Source of the DNA: an uncultured Spirochaetota bacterium
Lineage (GTDB): Bacteria > Spirochaetota > Brevinematia > Brevinematales > JAOACQ01
DNA: 64,000 bases
Direction of reading: 5' to 3'
Assembly: GCA_963835575.1 (NCBI GenBank)
Contig: CAWIGG010000004.1
Span: 160,001-224,000 of the forward strand
Below the pieces are notes generated by a model that worked only from the letters and a program-made list of their open reading frames with translations, searched no databases and was not told the origin of the DNA. Of the stretch, positions 19,451 through 28,782 are shown one piece after another. How positions within the stretch are numbered: the stretch's first letter is position 1; each line of letters begins with the position of its first letter. Both the position numbers and the translations under genes were made by a program.

Positions 19451-20590
19451 ATGATGAATTTTAAAGAGGAATTGGAAAAGGCAAGAAATTTATACAAACA
19501 GCAGGAATATGAAGATACGGAAAAGATCTATACACAAATCCTGAATGAATTAAAGTCTTCAAATGAGCCTGATCAAAACCTGATGCATGAAGCGCTGCAG
19601 GGTATCGGCGATTGCTTGAGGGAACAGCTCTATTTCGAGGAAGCGATCCCTTATTTTCAGGATATTATTAAGATGGCGCCTGATAATAAAAAAGCGATGC
19701 TGGGAATGGCGGACAGCTACCGAGGCCTGAAAGACTGGGACAAAGCCCTGGAATACTGGTTCACCCTCCTGAAGCTCGATCCCGGCGATTTTCTGGTCGC
19801 TACAAGAATAGCCGACGCTTACAGGAAAAAAAGCGATTTCGCCAATGCCGAAAAATATTATCTGGTGTCTCTCGAAATCAACTCCAAAAATAAATTCGCC
19901 CTGATGGGACTGGGCGACCTTTATTATAAGAACAAAAAATATAACAAGGCCCTCGAATACTGGAAAACCCTGCTGGAGATCAACCCTAAATTCATCAATA
20001 TACTCACCATGGTCGGCAACATCTACAGGACATGGAAGCAGTTCGACAAGGCCATAGACTACTATCAGAAGGCCCTGGAAATTGACCGCAATAATTTTTA
20101 CGCCCTTTACGGTATTGCCGACTCGCTCCGCGGCAAAAAGAGATTCAGGGACGCAATCAAGTACTGGAAAAAGATCCTTTCCAAGGAGCCTAATAACGAC
20201 AGGATCCTGACAAGGCTCGCGGACTGCTACCTCAAGGTTGGAAAGATCGACGACGCCGAGAAGATCTATACCGACGTTATGGCCAACAGCTCCAATAAAT
20301 ACACTATGATCGGTCTGATCCGCATACATATCGAAAGGAAAGAATGGGAGAAGGCCACAGAAATGTGCCTGGATTATCTCAGGAAATACCCCAATGATAC
20401 GAGGGTCGTCCTCATCCTGGCCAAGATTTATGAGGATGCCGGCCAGAAGGAAAAGACAATGGAAGTCTATGAAAAGTACAGCACGATCTTTAATGATAAA
20501 AAGGAATTCACCTCCAGGCTCGCTTCATCGACGATAGAAAATTTTCAAAATGAGATTGAAGAGTTTAACGACCATGATATGGACAAATAA
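19451..20590 (+). CDS. Tetratricopeptide repeat protein
   Basis: Repeated 34-aa G.AD.YR...A..YW units. Confidence 0.9.
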   Translation: MMNFKEELEKARNLYKQQEYEDTEKIYTQILNELKSSNEPDQNLMHEALQGIGDCLREQLYFEEAIPYFQDIIKMAPDNKKAMLGMADSYRGLKDWDKALEYWFTLLKLDPGDFLVATRIADAYRKKSDFANAEKYYLVSLEINSKNKFALMGLGDLYYKNKKYNKALEYWKTLLEINPKFINILTMVGNIYRTWKQFDKAIDYYQKALEIDRNNFYALYGIADSLRGKKRFRDAIKYWKKILSKEPNNDRILTRLADCYLKVGKIDDAEKIYTDVMANSSNKYTMIGLIRIHIERKEWEKATEMCLDYLRKYPNDTRVVLILAKIYEDAGQKEKTMEVYEKYSTIFNDKKEFTSRLASSTIENFQNEIEEFNDHDMDK

Positions 20591-21161
20591 GCCTGTACTT
20601 TTTCTTTCTTTTACCCTGTTTCTTTTCTCGCTGTATTCACGCTCTTACTGCATCCGTTTTCCTGATATCTCTTATTTCCCGATTCTTCCTAATTACAGCT
20701 TTTCACTCATTTCCGGGAAAAGCAATACACTTGATGTCTCCATGAAAATCGAGATACCTAGGGACGAAGAGATCTATGACAAGTTCTTTTTAAACTGCCT
20801 TATCGTATTGAATATCGATAAGGAGAAATTGATTTATTCCCTGCGGTTCACTCTCATGACCAACGGCGATGTTTATCTGACGGAAATGCGCGACAGCGCC
20901 TTCCAGAGGTCTTTCCCTCCTGACATACTTATCTTTCCGGTCTATCCTTCATACGACAAACCGGTTGTTATCGGCGAGAATATATCCCTGAAATACTCAA
21001 AATCTTTCGGCAAAATGAGCGAGAAGGATTTTAAAAAAGTTTATAACAATGTCGTCACGGCCGAGCTCAAGCTCCTCGACGATCCCTGCCTTATTTATTT
21101 CTCAAAAGACTACGGCATTGTGGGGATTAAGGCAAGAGATGAGGTTTTCAGAAGAAAATAG
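20550..21161 (+). CDS. Hypothetical, probably exported protein
   Basis: Hydrophobic N-terminus; start codon uncertain. Confidence 0.55.
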   Translation: MRLKSLTTMIWTNKPVLFLSFTLFLFSLYSRSYCIRFPDISYFPILPNYSFSLISGKSNTLDVSMKIEIPRDEEIYDKFFLNCLIVLNIDKEKLIYSLRFTLMTNGDVYLTEMRDSAFQRSFPPDILIFPVYPSYDKPVVIGENISLKYSKSFGKMSEKDFKKVYNNVVTAELKLLDDPCLIYFSKDYGIVGIKARDEVFRRK

Positions 21162-21440
21162 ACGTTTTTTTGATTATTCCGCTCTAAATATGAATACCCT
21201 TTCTTAAATTAATTTTATAACTCACCTCAAAATAAGCTCTTGGTATTTATTGACAATTTCAATTAATTATATTAAATTTGTCTGAAAACAAATGAATCAA
21301 CCCGATTTGAGTGATGTTTTATTGACTATAAACAATTTTATCTTTTTTTGGCTTTGAATCATAAGGAAATGAATTTAAATAAGGCTTTCAACAGCTTTAT
21401 GGGTCTCACATAATTTTATTATGTGCCCAGGAGGCCTGAA

Positions 21441-24400
21441 ATGAAAAAGAAAACTAATCCTGCTCATATAAATGATAAAAAGAAGAATAATATTGCCCTT
21501 GAAAACGCCGAACTGCGAAGAAAATTGAAGGAATCCGAAGAGAAACTGAATTCCATCATCGGGTCTCAAAACGACGCTATTCTTATCTATGATCTTGAGC
21601 TGAACGCCGTTCAGGCAAACCCTTCTTTTATTAAAACATACGGCTTCAACCCCGCCGGTTTAAATTTGAAGGATATCATCAAAAAAGTCAATTGCCGCCG
21701 TCTCGACGGCAAGCCTTTAAAACCGGATGAACAGCCGGCGCCTCAAGCCCTTCGCGGCAAAAAAGTCAAAAGCGCTGTCATTCTGGTGAGTAAGGCCGAC
21801 GGTTCTGAGGCCGTTGTGGAGTCTTCCACCGGCCCCCTGAGGAAAGGAAAATTACTAACAGGCTCCGTAACGATCTGGCATGATATTACCGGCCAGATGA
21901 AGGCCCGGGAAGAATTTCATAAGACAAACAGAACGCTTAAAGCCCTCAGCCGCTCAAGCCAGGCCATCATGCGCGCGGCGGATGAAATGTCATATATGAA
22001 GGATGTCTGCAGGATTATTGTGGAAGACTGCGGCCATGCGATGGTATGGATCGGTTTTTCCGGGAATGATGAAGACAAGACTGTCCGGCCTGTCGCTTAT
22101 GCGGGTTTTGAGAAAGGTTATCTTGAAACACTTCATATCACATGGGCGGACACTGAGCGCGGGCGCGGCCCTACCGGGACGGCCATCCGCACAGGAAATA
22201 TTTGCATGTGCAGAAATATGCTGACCGATCCCGAATTTGAGCCCTGGCGCGAAGAGGCAATAAAGCGGGGTTATGCCTCCTCGATCGTTTTACCCCTGTT
22301 CGAAAACAAGAAAACTTTCGGGGCGATAAACATCTATTCAAGGGACCCTGACCCGTTCTCGGCGGATGAAGTCAGTCTTTTGAGTGAATTGGCCGGAGAC
22401 CTTTCTTACGGAATTATGACAATAAGACTGCGTGAAGCGCATGCAAATGCTGAAGAAGCCCTGATGCAGAGCGAGGAGAAATTCAGGCTTATCGCCATGA
22501 ATACGCCGGACCATATCCTGATACAGGATGCTGATCTCCGCTATACAATGGTCATAAATCCTCAATTGGGTCTGACTGAAAAGAATATGATCGGAAAGAC
22601 GGATTTTGAAATTCTTTCAAAAGAGGACGCGATTAATCTCACAAAAATAAAGGAAAGGGTCCTAGAAACCGGAAACCCTGAATCTATAAATATTCCGCTT
22701 GTTAATGATAAAGGAGAAGCGGAATATTTTGAAGGATCTTATGTTCCGAAACGTAATCCGCTGGGCCGGATTGACGGGATATTGGGGTATTTCAGAAATT
22801 TGACAGAACGTAAAAAAATGGAAGAGGCGCTGCGGGAAAACGAGAAGCGCTACCGGTCGCTCTTTAACAGTATGACCGAGGGATTTGCCCTGCATGAGAT
22901 TGTCTGCGACGGACAGGGTATTCCATGCGATTACCGCTTCCTTGAAATAAATCCGGCTTTTGAGCGTTTGACAGGGCTTAACCGCAGGAATGTGACAGGC
23001 AGACGTTTGAGCGAAGTAATGCCCGATGAAGATCCGAAATGGGTCGAAATCTATGGAAATGTCGCCCTGACGGGCAATCCGGTCCATTTCGAGAATTATT
23101 CGCCCGTTCTGAAGAAACACTTAGAGGTCTATTCCTACAGGCCTTCCCCGGGACAATTCGCGGCGATTTTCATAGATATCACCGAACGCAAGCTGGCCGA
23201 GGAATCCCTGCGCCGGACCCGCGACTTTCTGGAAAAACTGATCAATTACGCCAACGCGCCGATCATCTGCTGGGACACTCAATTCAATATTACGATATTT
23301 AACCATGCCTTTGAGCATCTATCTCACTATAAAGCCATTGAAGTTGTCGGGGAGAATTTAAGCATTCTTTTTCCTGATGAAAGCCGTGAGGAATCGTTAT
23401 CAAAAATCATGCGCACACTCAGCGGCGAACACTGGGAAGGGGTTGAAATTCCCATCCTCCGAAAGGACGGGGAAACACGAATTGTATTATGGAACACGGC
23501 CAATATATACTCTGAAGACGGAAAGACGCTGGTCGCCACCATCGCGCAGGGGCAGGATATAAGCGAACGCAAGCATTCCGAGGCGATGATGTCCTATCTG
23601 GCGTCCTTTCCGGAATTAAATCCCAATCCAATTACTGAAGTGAGCATAGAGGGAAAAACGCATTACATCAATCCTGTCGCTGAAAAGCTATTACCTAATC
23701 TCAAGACGCAGGGAATCAAGCACCCATGGCTTGACGGACTGGGAAGTATTACAGAATATCTGTTGAAAAGGAAGACGGGGTTATTCGTCCGGACAGTCGG
23801 AATAAAAGACACCTGGTACCAGCAGACATTCCACTATCTCGAAAGCGACCGGCGGATCCGCATCTATGGGATCGATGTTACAAAGCGCGTTCTTGCCCAG
23901 AAAGAGCTTCAAACCGCCAAGGACGCGGCGGAAGCGGCCGACAGGTCAAAATCCAGCTTTCTGGCCAATATGAGCCATGAGCTCCGTACGCCCCTCAACG
24001 CCATCCTGGGATACTCCCAGGTCCTGAGTAATGAAAGCAACTTGCCGGAAACGCATAAAAAAGATATCGAAGCCATAAGGCGGAGCGGCGAACATCTTCT
24101 GCGTATGATCAATAACCTCCTGGATTTTTCCAAGATAGAAGCCGGAAAGATGGAAGTGAAGAACCAATCATTTCATTTCCAGAATTTTATCAATTCCATT
24201 ATCGAACTTATTGAAATACAGGCAAAGGAAAAACATCTCGATTTCATTTTTGAGGCGTCATCGGCGCTTCCGGTTTTGGTTTCAGGAGATGAAGTCTGCC
24301 TGAGCCAGGTCCTGCTCAATCTGCTCTCAAATGCCGTCAAATTTACCGATAAAGGAAGCGTGACCCTTCACTTAAAGAATTATCAGAAGATCATGAATGA

Positions 24401-24956
24401 TAATAATATGCCGAAACATAAAATCCGTTTTGAAATTGCGGATACAGGCATCGGCATCCCGTCAGAGCAATTAGGTTCTGTTTTTGAACCTTTCAGACAG
24501 CTGAAGGACCGCAAAATTAAGGCAAAAGGAACTGGTCTTGGCCTTACAATCAGCCGGCAGCTGGTACGGATGATGGGCAGCGAACTTTATGTCCAGAGTA
24601 AATACGGGGAAGGGAGTATTTTCTGGTTTGATCTGGTTTTCGACAGTAATGAAACGGCTGACCAGGATATTAAAACTATAAGTCAAATGAAAAAAGCGGC
24701 GTCAGGCGCTGAAGAAAAGCAGGCTAAAATTATCCCACCTTCAGCAGAAGAGCTATCAGCTTTGCTTGATTTGGCTAACACAGGCAATATTATGGGAATA
24801 AGGAAATGGACAGAAAAAACGGATTCAGGCAGTAAAAAATACCTTGCTTTTACAGAAAAGATCAGGCAAATGGCGAGAGATATAAAACTGGAAGAAATAA
24901 GGCTCTTTATCAGGCAATATTCAGGAGGAAAAAATGAAACCAGATCAGTACCATGA
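21441..24956 (+). CDS. Cytoplasmic PAS-GAF-multiPAS histidine kinase
   Basis: FLANMSHELRTPLN H-box; NLLSNAVKFT, DTGIGI and GTGLGL boxes. Confidence 0.92.
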   Translation: MKKKTNPAHINDKKKNNIALENAELRRKLKESEEKLNSIIGSQNDAILIYDLELNAVQANPSFIKTYGFNPAGLNLKDIIKKVNCRRLDGKPLKPDEQPAPQALRGKKVKSAVILVSKADGSEAVVESSTGPLRKGKLLTGSVTIWHDITGQMKAREEFHKTNRTLKALSRSSQAIMRAADEMSYMKDVCRIIVEDCGHAMVWIGFSGNDEDKTVRPVAYAGFEKGYLETLHITWADTERGRGPTGTAIRTGNICMCRNMLTDPEFEPWREEAIKRGYASSIVLPLFENKKTFGAINIYSRDPDPFSADEVSLLSELAGDLSYGIMTIRLREAHANAEEALMQSEEKFRLIAMNTPDHILIQDADLRYTMVINPQLGLTEKNMIGKTDFEILSKEDAINLTKIKERVLETGNPESINIPLVNDKGEAEYFEGSYVPKRNPLGRIDGILGYFRNLTERKKMEEALRENEKRYRSLFNSMTEGFALHEIVCDGQGIPCDYRFLEINPAFERLTGLNRRNVTGRRLSEVMPDEDPKWVEIYGNVALTGNPVHFENYSPVLKKHLEVYSYRPSPGQFAAIFIDITERKLAEESLRRTRDFLEKLINYANAPIICWDTQFNITIFNHAFEHLSHYKAIEVVGENLSILFPDESREESLSKIMRTLSGEHWEGVEIPILRKDGETRIVLWNTANIYSEDGKTLVATIAQGQDISERKHSEAMMSYLASFPELNPNPITEVSIEGKTHYINPVAEKLLPNLKTQGIKHPWLDGLGSITEYLLKRKTGLFVRTVGIKDTWYQQTFHYLESDRRIRIYGIDVTKRVLAQKELQTAKDAAEAADRSKSSFLANMSHELRTPLNAILGYSQVLSNESNLPETHKKDIEAIRRSGEHLLRMINNLLDFSKIEAGKMEVKNQSFHFQNFINSIIELIEIQAKEKHLDFIFEASSALPVLVSGDEVCLSQVLLNLLSNAVKFTDKGSVTLHLKNYQKIMNDNNMPKHKIRFEIADTGIGIPSEQLGSVFEPFRQLKDRKIKAKGTGLGLTISRQLVRMMGSELYVQSKYGEGSIFWFDLVFDSNETADQDIKTISQMKKAASGAEEKQAKIIPPSAEELSALLDLANTGNIMGIRKWTEKTDSGSKKYLAFTEKIRQMARDIKLEEIRLFIRQYSGGKNETRSVP

Positions 24957-26055
24957 AACAAAAATCCTGATCGTCGACGATGATCCGGACAATCTCAATA
25001 TTTTACTGGATCTTCTCGACAAATCCCATTTCAAAACCCTGGCGGCGACCGACGGCGAAAGCGCCATCGAACAGATTGTCAATTCCGAACCCGATCTGAT
25101 CCTTCTGGACGTCATGATGCCCGGGATTGACGGGTTTGAGACCTGCCGTGTCTTGAAAAAAAACAACGCGACAAAAAATATTCCGGTTATTTTCATGACC
25201 GCTCTTTCAGATACAGTTGATAAGGTTAAAGGGTTCGCGGCGGGCGGCGTGGATTATATAACCAAGCCCTTTCAGTTCGAAGAGGTGCTGGCGCGGGTCA
25301 ACGCGCACCTGACGATACAAAGGCTCCAGAAACAGCTCCAGCAGCAGAAAAAACAGCTGGAGGAACTCAATGCCAGCAAGGACATGTTTTTTTCAATACT
25401 GGCCCATGACCTGAAGAGCCCGATGGTCGTGTTTTTATCCTACGCGAACCTTCTGGACAAAATCGACAGCATGAAAAAAAGCGAATTTAAAGTCTTTACG
25501 ACCAAACTGCAGGATACGGCCGGGAATTTATTCGCCCTGCTTGAAAACCTTCTGACCTGGTCCACCGTCCAGCATGGCCTGATCGAGTATGCCCCCATAC
25601 AAATGAATATCAGCTCCGTTATCGATGAAAACATCAAATTGATGACCCCAAAAGCTTCGCAGAAGTATGTCCAGTTTAATAATCTTGTCCAGGAGGAAAT
25701 CCAGGTATTCGCCGATAAAAATATGCTGAGTACCATTATCAGGAACCTGCTGTCAAACGCCGTCAAGTTTTCACATCCCGGAGGAACTGTTAAAGTATCC
25801 GCGGTTCCGGATGATGACAGTGTCCAGATATGCGTTTCCGACGAAGGGGTCGGCATCGATAAAAAAAACCTTTCGAATCTTTTCAGGATTGATGTCAGGA
25901 CAAAACAGCCCGGCACCGCCGATGAGAAGGGGACAGGGCTGGGCCTGATACTCTGCAGGGAATTCGCGGAAAAGATGGGCGGAAGCATCGAGGTGGAAAG
26001 CGAGGAATTGAAAGGCACGACGGTCCGTTTCAGCATCCCCGTATCCGGGAAATAA
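24934..26055 (+). CDS. Hybrid response regulator/histidine kinase (REC-HisKA-HATPase)
   Basis: ILIVDD, LLDVMMP, ITKPF; AHDLKSP; GTGLGL. Confidence 0.92.
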   Translation: MKPDQYHETKILIVDDDPDNLNILLDLLDKSHFKTLAATDGESAIEQIVNSEPDLILLDVMMPGIDGFETCRVLKKNNATKNIPVIFMTALSDTVDKVKGFAAGGVDYITKPFQFEEVLARVNAHLTIQRLQKQLQQQKKQLEELNASKDMFFSILAHDLKSPMVVFLSYANLLDKIDSMKKSEFKVFTTKLQDTAGNLFALLENLLTWSTVQHGLIEYAPIQMNISSVIDENIKLMTPKASQKYVQFNNLVQEEIQVFADKNMLSTIIRNLLSNAVKFSHPGGTVKVSAVPDDDSVQICVSDEGVGIDKKNLSNLFRIDVRTKQPGTADEKGTGLGLILCREFAEKMGGSIEVESEELKGTTVRFSIPVSGK

Positions 26056-26070
26056 CCGCTGAAAAACGGT

Positions 26071-26190
26071 AATCCGCTAATGCACGCGAATAAACGCAAA
26101 TGCCTCACCCCACCTCGCAAGGCTCGGCACCCCTCTCCAAATTTGGAGAGGGTACGGGGGTGAGGCATTCGCGCGGCTTCGCGGAAGATT
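26071..26190. repeat. Family A repeat carrying a nested CCTCACCCC...CCCTCTCC..GGAGAGGG..GGGGTGAGG hairpin
   Basis: Read directly from the sequence. Confidence 0.8.
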
Positions 26191-26220
26191 GGTTAAGTCT
26201 TCGTATTCAATTTTATTTTT

Positions 26221-27033
26221 CTATTCATTATTGACTTCATGGAAAACCAGGACTATTCCCTTGCCGGTCATATTGCTATCCTCATCCATAATAGGAGAAA
26301 TATTAAAATTAACAAATATTTCCACGCCTTTTTTGTTGACAAGAAGGCAGTTTTTATAATTCTTAACGCAGAACCCTTCGTCCTTAATCTTTGAAACAGG
26401 ATTTTCCAGCGGGATATGTTTCTTACCGTTCAGAATGTAAAATACTTCCGAAAGAGGGCTTCCACCGGCATCTCTTGATTTAAAGCCGGTATAGGCTTCG
26501 GCGACAGGATTGATAAAAGTCACCATACCATCGAAATCGGCTGTGATGACTCCTTCGCCAATGCTGTTCAATATACTGTAAAAGCTGTCCCTGCTTTCCT
26601 TCAATTCCTTATTTTGTTTTCTTATCCGCAGCGCCATATCTTTGTTTATTCTTTTCAAATCAAGAAACGCCAGAGCCTGATCGATTGTAACCAACAGCTC
26701 CTGATCATTCCATGGTTTTGTCAGATAGCGGTAAATTTCGCCTTCATTGATGGCTTCTATGGTGGCCTTGATATCGGAATAGCCGGTCAGAAGCATGCGG
26801 ATTGTGTCCGGATAATACCGTCTGACCTGTTTTAAGAATTCAGTGCCGGGCAGATCCGGCATCATCAGATCGGAAATGATGATATCCATATCCTCTTTTT
26901 TTAAAAGGGAAAAACCGTCTTTTGTGTTCTGAGCCGAATAGATTTCCGGATCATGCCTGTCCCTGAAAACTTCTTTAAAATAGCTGAGAACATCCGTGTC
27001 ATCATCGACTATCAGTAACTTGTGGTCGCTCAT
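26221..27033 (-). CDS. Response regulator, REC plus PAS, with no output domain
   Basis: LLIVDD, ISDLMMP, YRYLTKPW; PAS SIGEGVITAD. Confidence 0.85.
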   Translation of the reverse strand: MSDHKLLIVDDDTDVLSYFKEVFRDRHDPEIYSAQNTKDGFSLLKKEDMDIIISDLMMPDLPGTEFLKQVRRYYPDTIRMLLTGYSDIKATIEAINEGEIYRYLTKPWNDQELLVTIDQALAFLDLKRINKDMALRIRKQNKELKESRDSFYSILNSIGEGVITADFDGMVTFINPVAEAYTGFKSRDAGGSPLSEVFYILNGKKHIPLENPVSKIKDEGFCVKNYKNCLLVNKKGVEIFVNFNISPIMDEDSNMTGKGIVLVFHEVNNE

Positions 27034-27294
27034 GATTTTTCCTCCTGTTAATAAAAAATAATGCCCGCCATGATACAACCCCCTGCCGTACTATCCTCCG
27101 CTAATTACTCCCATGATAAACTGCCGTTTAAATAAAAAGTAATATTATATTGCCGGAAAGTCAATACAATTATAAAAAAATGATTGGATCAGCATTGAGT
27201 ATTTCTTTTTTTCTTTGAAAATTAATGCTATATTGTTTATAATTAAATGCATAGTAGAGACGCACGGCTATGCGTCTCTACTTTGGAGGAATTT

Positions 27295-28776
27295 ATGAAA
27301 AAAATAACCGTTCTATTCCCCATTATTTTTATATTGGTTTTATTATTCTCCTGCGGCAGCACGGCAAGCGCCGTAAAGCAGGACCCCTCGCCCCAGGTTT
27401 CTTCCGGCCAGCCTTCCTGGGTCGGTACTTCTAAAAAAGATAAGGATTATTTTTACGCCGTGGGCTATGTTGAGGATACGGCGGGCCTGGATGATGTCAA
27501 AGCGAAAGCCTTCCAGAACGCCAAAGGACAGATCGCCAACAATATTTTTGAGGAAACATCCGTTGAAAAGGTTTTTACCGCTTCGGGCGGGCTTTCCGAT
27601 AATGAAGAACTGAAAAAAGGGTACCAGGAAAAAGTCAGAAGCGAGAGCGCCGTGAATCTTTCCGGCGTGGAAATCGAGGATGTCTATTCCGAAAAAACCG
27701 AGGATTCAGGCTTGACGGTGTATAAAGTATGGGTCCTGGCGAAAATATCCTATAAAAACCTGGAAAAGGAAAGGAACCGCGTTATAACCGAACTGCAGAG
27801 AAAGCTCGCTCTTGTGGATAATAATATCAAAGCGGCCCAGGGTTTTACTAATGGCGGCAGGATAATTGACGCCGTCAACGCCTATATAACAGCAGCTGTC
27901 AGTTCTACAAAAGTTAAAGAAAGGACCGACGAATTCCCCATTTATGTCAGTAAAGCGGAAAAACTCCTGGAAGGCATTATAATAGAAGCTCAGGATAATC
28001 CCTCCTCAATCGACACGGTTAAAGGCGGGGTTTTCGGTTTTAAAGTCACTTATGCCTCGCCGTCCGGTAAAATCCCCTTAAGCGGAGCTAAAATCAATTT
28101 TGTGATTAAAAATAATGACGGCGAATATGAAAAGAGCGGGGTTTCCGCTACGAACGGAGTTGTCGAGTGCCGGATAAAAAAGCTTAAAGAAGTAAAAAGC
28201 GATAACCGTTTATACGCGGTTTTTTCCTTCGATTTTCCCGATATTTTAGATCTTGGGAAGGAGTACCAGAAATATTATTCATCCCTTAAAGACAGCGAAG
28301 AGAAAATCAGCGTCTATACCGAATTTAAAACTATTTCCCGGGAAAACAGGAATATTCCCACAACGGTGATCGCCATGATCGCCGGGGAAAACGGGCTGAA
28401 AAATATCCCGGGCCTCTCTGCCGAAGCACAATCCTACCTGATCGACAGGGGTTATAAAGTGGTCAAATTTTCCGGCAGCCTGCCGCTGGAAGACATTGCC
28501 GAGGTCAAGCAGAGCGCGCTGGAAGAGCTGGCCTCAAAAGGGATCAAGCGCGTATTTATTCTCTCCGTGGCATCCCAGGCTAGCCCCAAATACAACCAGG
28601 AGCTGGACAGGTATCTGGGCGTATATTCCGTTTCCGCCCAGCTTGTCGACACGTCGAGCGGTGAGATCATTTCTTCGAAAAATATAAAAGTCAGCGCGAC
28701 CGCTCAGACAGAAAGCGGCGTGTTCGACTCCTTCATCAAAGCGGCCGGCAATCAGATTAAAAACCTGATCGAATAA
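27295..28776 (+). CDS. LPP20-like lipoprotein
   Basis: Lipobox LFS-C; PSWV...YFYAVG. Confidence 0.75.
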   Translation: MKKITVLFPIIFILVLLFSCGSTASAVKQDPSPQVSSGQPSWVGTSKKDKDYFYAVGYVEDTAGLDDVKAKAFQNAKGQIANNIFEETSVEKVFTASGGLSDNEELKKGYQEKVRSESAVNLSGVEIEDVYSEKTEDSGLTVYKVWVLAKISYKNLEKERNRVITELQRKLALVDNNIKAAQGFTNGGRIIDAVNAYITAAVSSTKVKERTDEFPIYVSKAEKLLEGIIIEAQDNPSSIDTVKGGVFGFKVTYASPSGKIPLSGAKINFVIKNNDGEYEKSGVSATNGVVECRIKKLKEVKSDNRLYAVFSFDFPDILDLGKEYQKYYSSLKDSEEKISVYTEFKTISRENRNIPTTVIAMIAGENGLKNIPGLSAEAQSYLIDRGYKVVKFSGSLPLEDIAEVKQSALEELASKGIKRVFILSVASQASPKYNQELDRYLGVYSVSAQLVDTSSGEIISSKNIKVSATAQTESGVFDSFIKAAGNQIKNLIE

Positions 28777-28782
28777 AGCAGA

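Noticed and set aside
19559..20329. Long antisense ORF, and similar ones at 25440-26168, 31345-31878 and 33915-34400
   Set aside because: Shadows of well-supported genes on the opposite strand, with no motifs of their own.
27060..27130. Possible riboswitch upstream of the REC-PAS gene
   Set aside because: A GC-rich patch with no consensus I could recognise; an Rfam scan would settle it.
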